A stretch of 46,471 bases of DNA, taken from an uncultured Prevotellaceae bacterium. Lineage in GTDB: Bacteria > Bacteroidota > Bacteroidia > Bacteroidales > UBA3663. This document shows positions 9,336 to 18,148 of this stretch, in pieces (the first letter of the stretch is position 1; the number at the start of each line of letters is the position of its first letter). The position numbers and the translations under genes are program-made. The DNA lies in assembly GCA_964495625.1 (NCBI GenBank), contig CAZBWT010000002.1, positions 1-46,471 of the forward strand, read 5' to 3'. A model generated the notes under the pieces. The model was given only the letters and a program-made list of their open reading frames with translations. It was not told the DNA's origin and searched no databases.

Positions 9336-10364
9336 TTATTCGCCCTCGGTTGAAGCATCGGGCACATCGGTAATGGCGGGCGTAGTGTCAACGCTCTTCA
9401 CCTCCACCGTCTGCGAGATGAACATCTTGGCATTCATCAAGCTGAGCTGATTCTCGTCTGCCAACGGGGCATAGCGGGCAAACTTCACAAGGTCTGCCAA
9501 CTGCAACACCTGGCGCAGGTTTTGGAGCGACGAGGTGGTGATGCCGTCGGTGACACGCATCTGGCGCAAAATCTCGTCAGAGGTCTTCTCGAGCGTAGAA
9601 ACCGAGAAGCGTCGATCGATATAATTGCGGAGTATGTCGGTGAGACCGGTGTAGTAACGCTTGTAATGACCGTCTTGCCACAACTTGCGAGCCTCGAGCG
9701 CTTGCAGCGCCTGCATCGCCTCTTCGTGAGGCGGCAAGAGCACTTCCGGAGCTTTCTCCTCGACCTTCACCTTGCGATGACGCGGCAGGTAGTAAGCAAA
9801 CCAATAAATCAGCGCGCCCACCACGAGCAAAGCTGCCAACGGACCGAGCACCCACCAAAGATAGTCGGTCCACACGAAGTCGGGCTTTATCGGCTCTTTG
9901 ATGTCACAGAACTTCTGCGGATCCACCTCCACATCGAAGGGCACCACCACCTTGAGCGCCAAGGCGTTCGTCGAAATGGTGTCGGTGCCTGCCACGAAGT
10001 CGAACGGTGGAATGTAGAGCGTGGCAGAGTCGAATGCAAAGACCTCCACGTCGCGGCGCAGGGTGATGAGGTTGCCTGAACCGGTGCGCACAGTGTCCGG
10101 CTCCGACACGGAACTGACCTCCAACTGGAAGGTCTGATCCTCGTCCATTGCGACAATAGAAGGCTGCAACTTAGGCAATACCAAAGGGGTGCCTTCCGGC
10201 AAGGTGACCTCTAAGTGAATCGTCGTGGGCGAACCGATGATGACGTAGGTCGAATCGATTGAAGCCCGAGCTGACGCACTGCTCTGAGCCCACACGGGAG
10301 CACTGCCCGCCGTAAGCAGGCATGCTCCGAGAGCTATTTTCAATAAGATATTCTTATTCTCCAT
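9336..10364 (-). CDS. Conserved Bat-operon membrane protein (DUF4381-like)
   Basis: The ORF spans 9336..10418. I prefer the internal ATG at 10364 (MENKNILLKIALGACLLTAGSAPVWAQ, a signal peptide). There is a central TM (WWVLGPLAALLVVGALIYWFAYYL). It sits between DUF58 and batA, as in known Bat operons. Confidence 0.65.
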   Translation of the reverse strand: MENKNILLKIALGACLLTAGSAPVWAQSSASARASIDSTYVIIGSPTTIHLEVTLPEGTPLVLPKLQPSIVAMDEDQTFQLEVSSVSEPDTVRTGSGNLITLRRDVEVFAFDSATLYIPPFDFVAGTDTISTNALALKVVVPFDVEVDPQKFCDIKEPIKPDFVWTDYLWWVLGPLAALLVVGALIYWFAYYLPRHRKVKVEEKAPEVLLPPHEEAMQALQALEARKLWQDGHYKRYYTGLTDILRNYIDRRFSVSTLEKTSDEILRQMRVTDGITTSSLQNLRQVLQLADLVKFARYAPLADENQLSLMNAKMFISQTVEVKSVDTTPAITDVPDASTEGE

Positions 10365-10448
10365 AGATATACTTTCACGAGACATTCTTCTTACGTCTTG
10401 AAAGAACTGCAGTTTCATTCAACCGTAGTTACCCTCAAGAGCCACTTT

Positions 10449-10498
10449 CTTTCAAGCATATTCTCTTATCCACCTTTCAAGCATAATCTCTTATCCAC
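10449..10498. repeat. 25-bp tandem duplication spanning the DUF58 stop codon
   Basis: CTTTCAAGCATATTCTCTTATCCAC (10449-10473) and CTTTCAAGCATAATCTCTTATCCAC (10474-10498) differ by one mismatch. Confidence 0.85.
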
Positions 10499-11363
10499 CT
10501 CTACGACGGAACAGCTCGAGCAATGAGGGCACATAGTCTTGACCCGTGGCGATGCTCACAAAGTCCACATGACTGCGGGTGAACACGTGCTGTATCATGG
10601 CTTGACGACTCCCCCACCAGTCTGCATACGCACGGCGCGTGCGAGCCGACGAGGTGTCAATCCATCGCTCGGTGCCTGTCTCGGCATCAGCCACTTTCAT
10701 CAGCCCGACGTTGGGCAACTCCGTTTCGCGCGGATCGTAGACCTGCACCGCCACCATGTCGTGCTTGGCACCGGCAATGGTGAGCGGCTGTTCAAAGTCT
10801 TGTGTGTCGATGAAGTCTGATATTAAGAAGGTGGTGCATCGCTTCTTTTGTGCGTTGCTCACATAACGAATGGCGCGCCCCAAGTCGGTGCCGCGGCGCT
10901 CGGGCTGAAACTTGATTAGCTCACTGATGATGGCTAACACATGCTTGCGTCCCTTCTGCGGTGGAATGTATTTCTCGATGCGGTCTGAAAAGAAGACCAC
11001 ACCAATCTTATCGTTGTTTTGAATGGCAGAAAATGCCATCGTAGCAGCTATCTCGGTGATTAACTCTTGCTTGGTCTGCATCGTGGTGCCGAACTCGCGG
11101 CTACCGCTCACGTCAATCAGCAGCATCACCGTCATCTCACGTTCTTCCTCGAAGATCTTGATGTGTGGTTTATTCTGTCGAGCCGTCACGTTCCAGTCAA
11201 TGTCGCGCACATCGTCGCCATATTGATATTCACGCACTTCGGCAAACGACATACCGTGCCCCTTGAAGGCAGAATGATACTGACCGGCAAAGATGTTTCG
11301 ACTCAGACCGCGCGATTTAATCTCGATCTGCCGAACTTTCTTCAGCAACTCCGTAGTATCCAT
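10491..11363 (-). CDS. DUF58 domain protein (MoxR-associated, VWA-like)
   Basis: 290 aa with the DUF58 signature EYQYGDDVRDIDWNVTAR. It starts 3 bp after the MoxR stop. Confidence 0.9.
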   Translation of the reverse strand: MDTTELLKKVRQIEIKSRGLSRNIFAGQYHSAFKGHGMSFAEVREYQYGDDVRDIDWNVTARQNKPHIKIFEEEREMTVMLLIDVSGSREFGTTMQTKQELITEIAATMAFSAIQNNDKIGVVFFSDRIEKYIPPQKGRKHVLAIISELIKFQPERRGTDLGRAIRYVSNAQKKRCTTFLISDFIDTQDFEQPLTIAGAKHDMVAVQVYDPRETELPNVGLMKVADAETGTERWIDTSSARTRRAYADWWGSRQAMIQHVFTRSHVDFVSIATGQDYVPSLLELFRRRGG

Positions 11364-11366
11364 AGC

Positions 11367-12365
11367 TTACGGCACTTCAACCTTATTCAAAATCTCGGCA
11401 ATAACTTCCTCGGTCGAGAGGTTGGCAGCTTCGGCTTCGTAGCTGAGACCAATGCGGTGACGGAGCACGTCAGGACAGATGGCACGCACATCTTCGGGGA
11501 TGACGTAACCGCGGTGCTTCAAGAAGGCATAAGCACGTGCTGCCAAGGCTAAGTTGATGGAGGCTCGCGGCGAAGCACCATACGAAATCATGTTCTTCAT
11601 GTCGTCCATGCCATATGTCTCGGGATAACGAGTGGCGAATACGATATCTACTATATATTTTTCAATCTTCTCGTCGATGTAAACCTGCTTCACCACGCTG
11701 CGGGCATCAAGAATCTCGTTGATGCTCATCACGGGCTTCAGTTCTTGGTGGATGCCGGCGGTGAGGTGGGCATCGACAATCTTCATTTCTTCTTCTTTCT
11801 TGGGGTAACCGATCTTCACCTTCAACATGAAGCGGTCGCACTGTGCTTCGGGCAGCGGGTAGGTACCCTCTTGCTCAATGGGGTTTTGCGTCGCCATGAC
11901 GAGGAATGGTTTGTCGAGCGAGAACGTCTCACTGCCGATGGTTACTTGACGCTCTTGCATGGCTTCGAGCAATGCCGACTGCACCTTGGCAGGGGCACGG
12001 TTAATTTCATCAGCCAATACGAAGTTGGCAAAAACCGGACCCTTCTTCACACTAAACTCCTCGCGCTTCTGCGAGTAAACCACCGTACCAATCACATCGG
12101 CAGGCAGCAAATCGGGTGTAAACTGGATGCGGCTGTACTTAGCATCGATTAACGATGCGAGGGTCTTGATGGCGAGAGTCTTAGCCAAACCCGGCACACC
12201 TTCAAGCAAGATGTGACCGTCAGCCAACAGACCGATCATCAACGATTCCACCAGATGCTTTTGTCCTACGATAACTTGATCCATGCCTTGTGTAAGCAGG
12301 TTCACAAACGAGCTCTTGCTTTCGATCAGCTCGTTCAACTCTCTGATGTCTACTCTTTCACTCAT
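11367..12365 (-). CDS. MoxR-family AAA+ ATPase
   Basis: 332 aa with Walker A GVPGLAKT and Walker B VLADEINRA. It is the first gene of the Bat operon. Confidence 0.95.
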   Translation of the reverse strand: MSERVDIRELNELIESKSSFVNLLTQGMDQVIVGQKHLVESLMIGLLADGHILLEGVPGLAKTLAIKTLASLIDAKYSRIQFTPDLLPADVIGTVVYSQKREEFSVKKGPVFANFVLADEINRAPAKVQSALLEAMQERQVTIGSETFSLDKPFLVMATQNPIEQEGTYPLPEAQCDRFMLKVKIGYPKKEEEMKIVDAHLTAGIHQELKPVMSINEILDARSVVKQVYIDEKIEKYIVDIVFATRYPETYGMDDMKNMISYGASPRASINLALAARAYAFLKHRGYVIPEDVRAICPDVLRHRIGLSYEAEAANLSTEEVIAEILNKVEVP

Positions 12366-12481
12366 AGTGTTTCACGTATGTTGTATGTTTGCAGGCAGGT
12401 TCTATTCACAAAACACTGCCAATTATTAGTTAGTCTCTATTAATCAAATCGTCGATAATGAATTGAAGTTCAAAACGGTGG

Positions 12482-12489
12482 CAAAAATA
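12482..12489 (-). promoter_or_regulatory. Candidate -7 box (TATTTTTG on the minus strand) for the MoxR/Bat operon
   Basis: Plus strand CAAAAATA is TAnnTTTG on the minus strand, about 117 bp upstream of the MoxR ATG. Confidence 0.35.
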
Positions 12490-12585
12490 ACGGCTTTAAC
12501 TAAAAAAGGCAATACATTAACAGTCAAAAAAGTTAAAAATGCCGCGTTATCTACCCTAATTGAATAGAAAACAGGCAAAAAGAGC

Positions 12586-12620
12586 CGACGCACAGTGGTC
12601 ATTACAGCCACCGTGCGTCG
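12586..12620 (-). terminator. Rho-independent terminator downstream of pgi
   Basis: A 13-bp stem, CGACGCACAGTGG / CCACCGTGCGTCG with one mismatch, has T-rich runs on both sides (TTTTTAT on plus; CTCTTTTTGCC on minus). It starts 22 bp past the pgi stop. Confidence 0.6.
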
Positions 12621-12641
12621 TTTTTATAGCCATCTCATTGA

Positions 12642-13976
12642 TTAGAGTCTGCTACGAATGGCTTTTGAAGCCTCCTCGTAGCCGGGTTTTTCGAGCAATG
12701 CGAACATATTCTTCTTGTATGCCTCCACACCGGGCTGGTTGAACGGGTTCACGCCCAAGATGTAGCCGCTGATGCCACAGGCACGCTCGAAGAAGTAGAT
12801 CAAACGACCTAAGTTCAGTTCATCAATCTTCTCGATGGACACCTTGAGGTTCGGCACACCGCCATCTACGTGTGCAATCTGAGTGCCGAGTTCAGCCATC
12901 TTGTTGACTTGGTCTACACGCTTGCCTGCCAAGAAGTTCAAGCCGTCTAAGTTCTCCTCGTCGGTAGGAATGACCACTTGGCGATTAGGTTGCTCCACCG
13001 AGATTACCGTCTCAAAAATGGTGCGCTCGCCCTCTTGAATCCACTGACCCATGGAGTGCAGGTCGGTGGTGAAGTCAACTGATGAAGGGTAGATGCCCTT
13101 GTTATCCTTACCCTCAGACTCACCGAAGAGCTGCTTCCACCATTCAGCAAAGTAATGCAAGCGGGGGTTGAAGTTAACCAAGATCTCGGTCTTCTTGCCG
13201 GCACGATAAAGAGCCTGACGCATGGCGGCATACTGAGCCGAGGGGTTCTGCTCATAGGGCACATCCACGCCCGTAGCTTTCTCCATCTCGGTAGCACCCT
13301 TCACCAAAGCCTTGATGTCGTGACCTGCCACAGCTATTGCCAACAAGCCCACGGGTGTGAGCACTGAGAAACGACCGCCCACGCTGTCGGGAATGACGAA
13401 CGTCTTGTAACCTTCCTTCGTAGCCAAAGTGCGGAGCGCACCCTTAGCCTTGTCAGTCACAGCCACAATGCGCTTACGAGCCTCGTCCTTACCAACCTGA
13501 GCCTCAAGCTGAATCTTCAGCAAGCGAAAAGCCAAAGCCGTCTCGGTCGTCGTGCCAGACTTAGAGATGTTGATTATGCCAAACTGCTTCGTCTTGAGCA
13601 GCTCGAGCAGGTCTGCCAAATAATCTTCGCCGATGTTATTGCCGGCATAGACCACCTGCGGGTTCTGCTTGTCGCCTGCCAGCTGCAAGAAGCTGTTCGA
13701 GAGAGCTTCGTTCACGGCACGTGCGCCAAGATAGCTACCGCCGATGCCTGCCACAACCACCACCTCGCAGCGCTTGCGCAGCTCGTCGGCAGCAGCCTGC
13801 AACTCGGCTAAGTCAGCCTCTGTGATAGATGAAGGGAGGTGAACCCAACCCAAGAAATCGTTACCTGCTCCCTTGCCGGACTCCAAGAGCTCGTTAGACG
13901 GTGCAGTCTGTGCGGCCACTGCTGCCAGTGCCTCGGCAGTCACGAATGACTGTGCTTTTTCAATGGATAACTTCAT
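12642..13976 (-). CDS. pgi: Glucose-6-phosphate isomerase
   Basis: 444 aa with PGI motifs [12 protein letters not shown] and SKSGTTTET. Confidence 0.95.
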   Translation of the reverse strand: MKLSIEKAQSFVTAEALAAVAAQTAPSNELLESGKGAGNDFLGWVHLPSSITEADLAELQAAADELRKRCEVVVVAGIGGSYLGARAVNEALSNSFLQLAGDKQNPQVVYAGNNIGEDYLADLLELLKTKQFGIINISKSGTTTETALAFRLLKIQLEAQVGKDEARKRIVAVTDKAKGALRTLATKEGYKTFVIPDSVGGRFSVLTPVGLLAIAVAGHDIKALVKGATEMEKATGVDVPYEQNPSAQYAAMRQALYRAGKKTEILVNFNPRLHYFAEWWKQLFGESEGKDNKGIYPSSVDFTTDLHSMGQWIQEGERTIFETVISVEQPNRQVVIPTDEENLDGLNFLAGKRVDQVNKMAELGTQIAHVDGGVPNLKVSIEKIDELNLGRLIYFFERACGISGYILGVNPFNQPGVEAYKKNMFALLEKPGYEEASKAIRSRL

Positions 13977-14008
13977 AGTAGTTAAATTTAATCCGTATGT
14001 TATAGGAA

Positions 14009-14016
14009 TATATTTG
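14009..14016 (+). promoter_or_regulatory. Plus-strand TAnnTTTG box pointing into the tandem-repeat array
   Basis: Exact TATATTTG on the plus strand lies immediately upstream of the repeats, with no annotated plus-strand gene downstream. It could be a chance match in AT-rich DNA. Confidence 0.25.
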
Positions 14017-14323
14017 TTCTCAATCGTTTTGTTCTCAATCGTTCTGCGGGTCCCCCCTACTTATTATGAGCAGGATCTACCCTCTAAATTATTAGCGAGT
14101 CTCCACCCCCACTTATTGTTGGCGGGGTTCCTCCACTTATTATTGTCGGCGGGGTTTCTCCACCTATTATTGGCGGGATACCCCACTTAACATTAGCTGA
14201 GTTTCCCAATAATTATTGGCAAGGTTCCACCCACTTATCATTGTCGGGGTTTCCCACATATCATTTTATTATAGGTGAGTCCTCCCCAACTAAGCTGTGG
14301 AGAACCGCCCCATAAGTCGGCAG
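14016..14323. repeat. Modular intergenic repeat, locus B: a 15-bp doublet plus about 11 degenerate tandem units of 22-32 bp
   Basis: GTTCTCAATCGTTTT (14016-14030) and GTTCTCAATCGTTCT (14031-14045) are followed by contiguous units. Examples are GGGTCCCCCCTACTTATTATGAGCA, GTCTCCACCCCCACTTATTGTTGGCG, GGGTTCCTCCACTTATTATTGTCGGCG, GGGTTTCTCCACCTATTATTGGCG and GGTTCCACCCACTTATCATTGTCG. The consensus is roughly GGKTYCYCCACTTATTATTGKCGG. Confidence 0.85.
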
Positions 14324-14349
14324 TCGTTACTATCCACGTTCTAAGATTA

Positions 14350-15348
14350 TTAGCTCAGCATATCGCTCAGTAGCTTAATCTCAACGAACGGTGACATGCG
14401 CTTATAGAGCACATTGTAGATGGCTTCCACAATCGGTATGTCGATGTTATACTGCTGATTAATCTCTTTGATGCACTTTGTGCCGTAATATCCTTCAGCC
14501 ACCATCTCCATCTCGAGTTGGGCGGTCTTCACCGAATATCCCTTGCCGATGAGCGTTCCGAACAAGTGGTTGCGGCTGAACTTAGAGTATGCCGTCACCA
14601 AAAGGTCTCCCGTGTAGACCGACTCCGAAATGTGTCGATCTGGCATCGGAGCGATGGTGCTGATGAAGCGCTTCATCTCGCGAATAGCATTAGCCACCAA
14701 CACCGCCTGGAAGTTGTCGCCATATTTCAAGCCGCTGCAGATGCCGGCGGCGATGGCATAGATATTTTTGAGCACACTGGCATACTCAATACCAATCACG
14801 TCGGTCGAGACAGTTGTGTGCACATAATGATTCTCAAAGAAGTCAGCATAGAGCTCGGCACGGGTGCTGTCGGTGCATCCCACGGTCAGATAGGTCAATC
14901 GCTCGTAAGCCACCTCTTCGGCATGGCTCGGACCTGCCACCACGGCAATCTGGTCATCGCTCAGATTGAAGCAAGACTTCATATACTCCGAGATGACCAC
15001 ATTCTCTTCGGGCACAATGCCCTTAATCACCGAGATGATAAACTTATCGTTGAGTGGTTCGGTAATCTTGCTCAAATGTTCTTTTAAGAAGGGCGACGGC
15101 GTGGCGAAAATCAGTGTATCAGCCATACGCACCACCTCATTGATATCCGACGAAAAGGCAATCTTTTCTACGTCGAAGCGAACGCTCGACAAATATGCGG
15201 GGTTGTGCCCCATCTCCTTAAACGCCTCGATGCGATCATCGCGACGCATATACCAGCAGAGTTCACCGGCATTATCCATCACGATCTTTGCGATGGCTGT
15301 TGCCCAACTGCCGCCTCCTATAATGGCTATTTTGCCCGGAAGATTCAT
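14350..15348 (-). CDS. gpsA: NAD(P)H-dependent glycerol-3-phosphate dehydrogenase
   Basis: The Rossmann motif KIAIIGGGSWATAIA follows directly after the ATG at 15348. The longer ORF reaching 15411 begins with GTG and adds 21 non-homologous residues. Confidence 0.9.
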   Translation of the reverse strand: MNLPGKIAIIGGGSWATAIAKIVMDNAGELCWYMRRDDRIEAFKEMGHNPAYLSSVRFDVEKIAFSSDINEVVRMADTLIFATPSPFLKEHLSKITEPLNDKFIISVIKGIVPEENVVISEYMKSCFNLSDDQIAVVAGPSHAEEVAYERLTYLTVGCTDSTRAELYADFFENHYVHTTVSTDVIGIEYASVLKNIYAIAAGICSGLKYGDNFQAVLVANAIREMKRFISTIAPMPDRHISESVYTGDLLVTAYSKFSRNHLFGTLIGKGYSVKTAQLEMEMVAEGYYGTKCIKEINQQYNIDIPIVEAIYNVLYKRMSPFVEIKLLSDMLS

Positions 15349-15432
15349 ACCTCTATAAATTCTTTCTTGTGTAATGATGAGAGAGGGTGCGACCGCAAAG
15401 CCTTTGCTCACCGCGCCCTCTCTTAAAATCTA

Positions 15433-17208
15433 TCAATCTTCCGTTTCGGGGCTTTCGCCTGCCTGAGCCGCATCGGCGGCAGCGGCATTCACCCATTGCT
15501 CAACGTCAGTCTGAGCCGGATTCTTCAACTCGAGTTTATACTTCTTGTTCACGCCGCACACCTCCTGGAAGAGCTTGCCGGGAACTGCTGCGCCCAAAGC
15601 TACTACGGTCAGGTAGCCTGCCTTCTGCACCACGGGCACCCATTCAGCAGGCACACCCACAGCCACAAAACGCTCTGCCTTGTCGCGTCGAGCCACCTTT
15701 TCGGGCTTCATCGTGGGGAAGAGCAACACCTCTTGAATGGTGGTCTGACCCGTCATCAACATCACCAAACGGTCTATGCCGATGCCGATGCCTGATGTTG
15801 GGGGCATACCATACTCCAAGGCGCGAACGAAGTCCTGGTCGATGAACATTGCCTCGTCGTCGCCCTTCTCAGAGAGGCGCAACTGATCTTGGAAGCGCTC
15901 ATACTGGTCGATGGGGTCATTCAGCTCAGAGTAAGCATTTGCCAACTCCTTGCCATTCACCATCAGTTCAAAACGCTCGGTGAGACCCGGCTTAGAGCGG
16001 TGCATCTTGGTGAGCGGCGACATCTCGACCGGATAGTCGGTGATGAACGTAGGCTGAATGAAAGTACCCTCACACGTCTCGCCAAAAATCTCGTCAATGA
16101 GCTTGCCCTTACCCATGGTTTCGTCAACCTCAACGCCGACCTTCTTAGCCACCTCGCGCATCTCGTCCTCGGTCATACCGTTAAGGTCATAGCCGGTCTT
16201 CTCGCGAATGGCATCGAGGATGGGGAGGCGACGGAAGGGTGCCTTAAATGAAATCACATTATCGCCCACCTTAGTCTCTGCCGAACCGTTGACAGCCACG
16301 CAAATCTTCTCAAGCAGCTGTTCGGTGAACGACATCATCCAGTTATAGTCCTTATATTGCACGTAAAGCTCCATGCACGTAAACTCGGGGTTGTGCGTGC
16401 GGTCCATACCTTCATTGCGGAAGTTGCGACCAATCTCATACACACCTTCAAAGCCACCCACAATAAGGCGCTTCAAATAAAGCTCGGTGGCGATGCGCAA
16501 ATAAAGGTCAGTGTTGAGAGAGTTATGGTGTGTGATGAACGGACGTGCCGAAGCACCGCCGGGAATCTGTTGCAAGATGGGAGTTTCCACCTCAGTATAT
16601 CCTGCCTCGTCGAGCACAGCGCGCAACGTGCGGTAAATCTTGGCACGCTTCAAGAAGATATCCTTCACACCGTCGTTAACAATGAGGTCCAAATAACGCT
16701 GGCGATAACGCAGCTCGGGGTCTTCAAAGGCATCATAAGCCACACCATCCTTATACTTCACGATGGGCAGCGGACGGATGGACTTCGACAGCACCTTTAA
16801 GGCAGCAGCGTGCACTGACACTTCGCCCGTCTGAGTGCGGAACACGTAGCCCTCTACACCCACGAAGTCGCCAATATCGAGCAACTTCTTAAACACCACG
16901 TTATAAAGCTCTGTGTGCTCGGGGTCGGGGCAAAGAGCATCACGCGACACATAGACCTGAATACGACCCTCAGAGTCTTGCAGCTCCATAAAAGCAGCCT
17001 TGCCCATGATGCGGCGCGACATGATGCGACCGGCAATGCGCACTTGGCGCGGCTCAGCCTCATCATCGCTAAAATGCTCCTTAATCTCGGTCGAATGACC
17101 GGTTACCACATATTCTTCGGCAGGATAAGGCTCAATGCCCATTCGACGCAATTCATCGAGCGAATTACGACGAATCACCTCCTGCTCAGACAATTCCAAG
17201 ATATTCAT
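15433..17208 (-). CDS. lysS: Lysine--tRNA ligase (class II) with an 87-aa C-terminal extension
   Basis: It has class II motifs ([26 protein letters not shown]). The ATG is at 17208; the codon at 17211 is TTG. Confidence 0.95.
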   Translation of the reverse strand: MNILELSEQEVIRRNSLDELRRMGIEPYPAEEYVVTGHSTEIKEHFSDDEAEPRQVRIAGRIMSRRIMGKAAFMELQDSEGRIQVYVSRDALCPDPEHTELYNVVFKKLLDIGDFVGVEGYVFRTQTGEVSVHAAALKVLSKSIRPLPIVKYKDGVAYDAFEDPELRYRQRYLDLIVNDGVKDIFLKRAKIYRTLRAVLDEAGYTEVETPILQQIPGGASARPFITHHNSLNTDLYLRIATELYLKRLIVGGFEGVYEIGRNFRNEGMDRTHNPEFTCMELYVQYKDYNWMMSFTEQLLEKICVAVNGSAETKVGDNVISFKAPFRRLPILDAIREKTGYDLNGMTEDEMREVAKKVGVEVDETMGKGKLIDEIFGETCEGTFIQPTFITDYPVEMSPLTKMHRSKPGLTERFELMVNGKELANAYSELNDPIDQYERFQDQLRLSEKGDDEAMFIDQDFVRALEYGMPPTSGIGIGIDRLVMLMTGQTTIQEVLLFPTMKPEKVARRDKAERFVAVGVPAEWVPVVQKAGYLTVVALGAAVPGKLFQEVCGVNKKYKLELKNPAQTDVEQWVNAAAADAAQAGESPETED

Positions 17209-17248
17209 CAATATAATAAATTTAATTAATTGCTTAACGATTTCCGGG

Positions 17249-17256
17249 CAAATGTA
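17249..17256 (-). promoter_or_regulatory. Candidate -7 box (TACATTTG on the minus strand) for lysS
   Basis: Plus strand CAAATGTA is TAnnTTTG on the minus strand, about 40 bp upstream of the lysS ATG. Confidence 0.45.
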
Positions 17257-17304
17257 ACAATAATATTGAAAACACGAGCCTCACGCGCAACGCAAAGATG
17301 CGAA

Positions 17305-18015
17305 TTACCTTATTTTTTCCTCCACATATTTGCGGAGGGCATACCTATCTAACAAAAAGAGTTCATCACCCTGGCTCTCAATCATTCGGGTCTTCTCTAA
17401 GATGGTGACCGCCTTCCAATAGCCGCGCACGTCGGTCATGAGCAGTCTTGCCCACGTCTCGGGCGAAGCCTTCACCTTGATGTCGTATGACGAGCGTGCC
17501 GTGTTATTGATTAACCAAAAAGCCAAACGCCCCGCCTCATCAATCTGCATAAAGTCGTTGAGCAGCCAGCGCGAGCGCTGTGCGTGGCTCGACAGCATAT
17601 TCAAGGTGTTAATCATCACAATGCGACTTTGTTGCATGGCACTGAGGAAGTCCGCCTTTTTGAGTGACATGATGCCCACCTCGCCGGTGGCGCGGATGCG
17701 GTCTTGATGATGAGTGTCGGTGCCAAACAAGAATGAGATAGGCAACGTGTGCGGTGCCTGATAATGCTGCACACACACCAACGACGTGGTGCGAGGTTGG
17801 CGCAAATCGCCCACAATGGTGGTTTGGCACGACACCTCGCCTGCCACCAAAAACAGCACGTCGGTGCACTCCTGCCCTACGTCAGCCACCGTGTCTCCAC
17901 CTCGAAATTTGGTGAATGCGAACGGCACCTTTTCTAAAAGCGCAGTCAACTGGTCGTGGCTCAGTCCCTGAAAGATGGGGAGTTGCAGCACCTGCTCATA
18001 CATTGTAGTTCTCAT
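17305..18015 (-). CDS. Crp/Fnr-family transcriptional regulator
   Basis: 236 aa. The N-terminal cNMP-binding-like start (LPIFQGLSHDQLTALLEK) and C-terminal HTH region fit the family. There is no FNR-type N-terminal Cys cluster. Confidence 0.75.
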   Translation of the reverse strand: MRTTMYEQVLQLPIFQGLSHDQLTALLEKVPFAFTKFRGGDTVADVGQECTDVLFLVAGEVSCQTTIVGDLRQPRTTSLVCVQHYQAPHTLPISFLFGTDTHHQDRIRATGEVGIMSLKKADFLSAMQQSRIVMINTLNMLSSHAQRSRWLLNDFMQIDEAGRLAFWLINNTARSSYDIKVKASPETWARLLMTDVRGYWKAVTILEKTRMIESQGDELFLLDRYALRKYVEEKIR

Positions 18016-18148
18016 ATCTCTTTTTGTTTTTCACTTCGTAGGCGAATTAGCCCCTTCGACCGACGCGAGTCGCACTCTGCGGCAGCCGTGAGGCTCTCAT
18101 GTGGTGGCATCTTTTATGTATGCCACTGCATATTTATGACATGGCTAA

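Noticed and set aside
14048-14323. Possible CRISPR array
   Set aside because: The units are contiguous and degenerate with no unique spacers between them. The unit length is variable (22-32 bp), and no cas genes are nearby.
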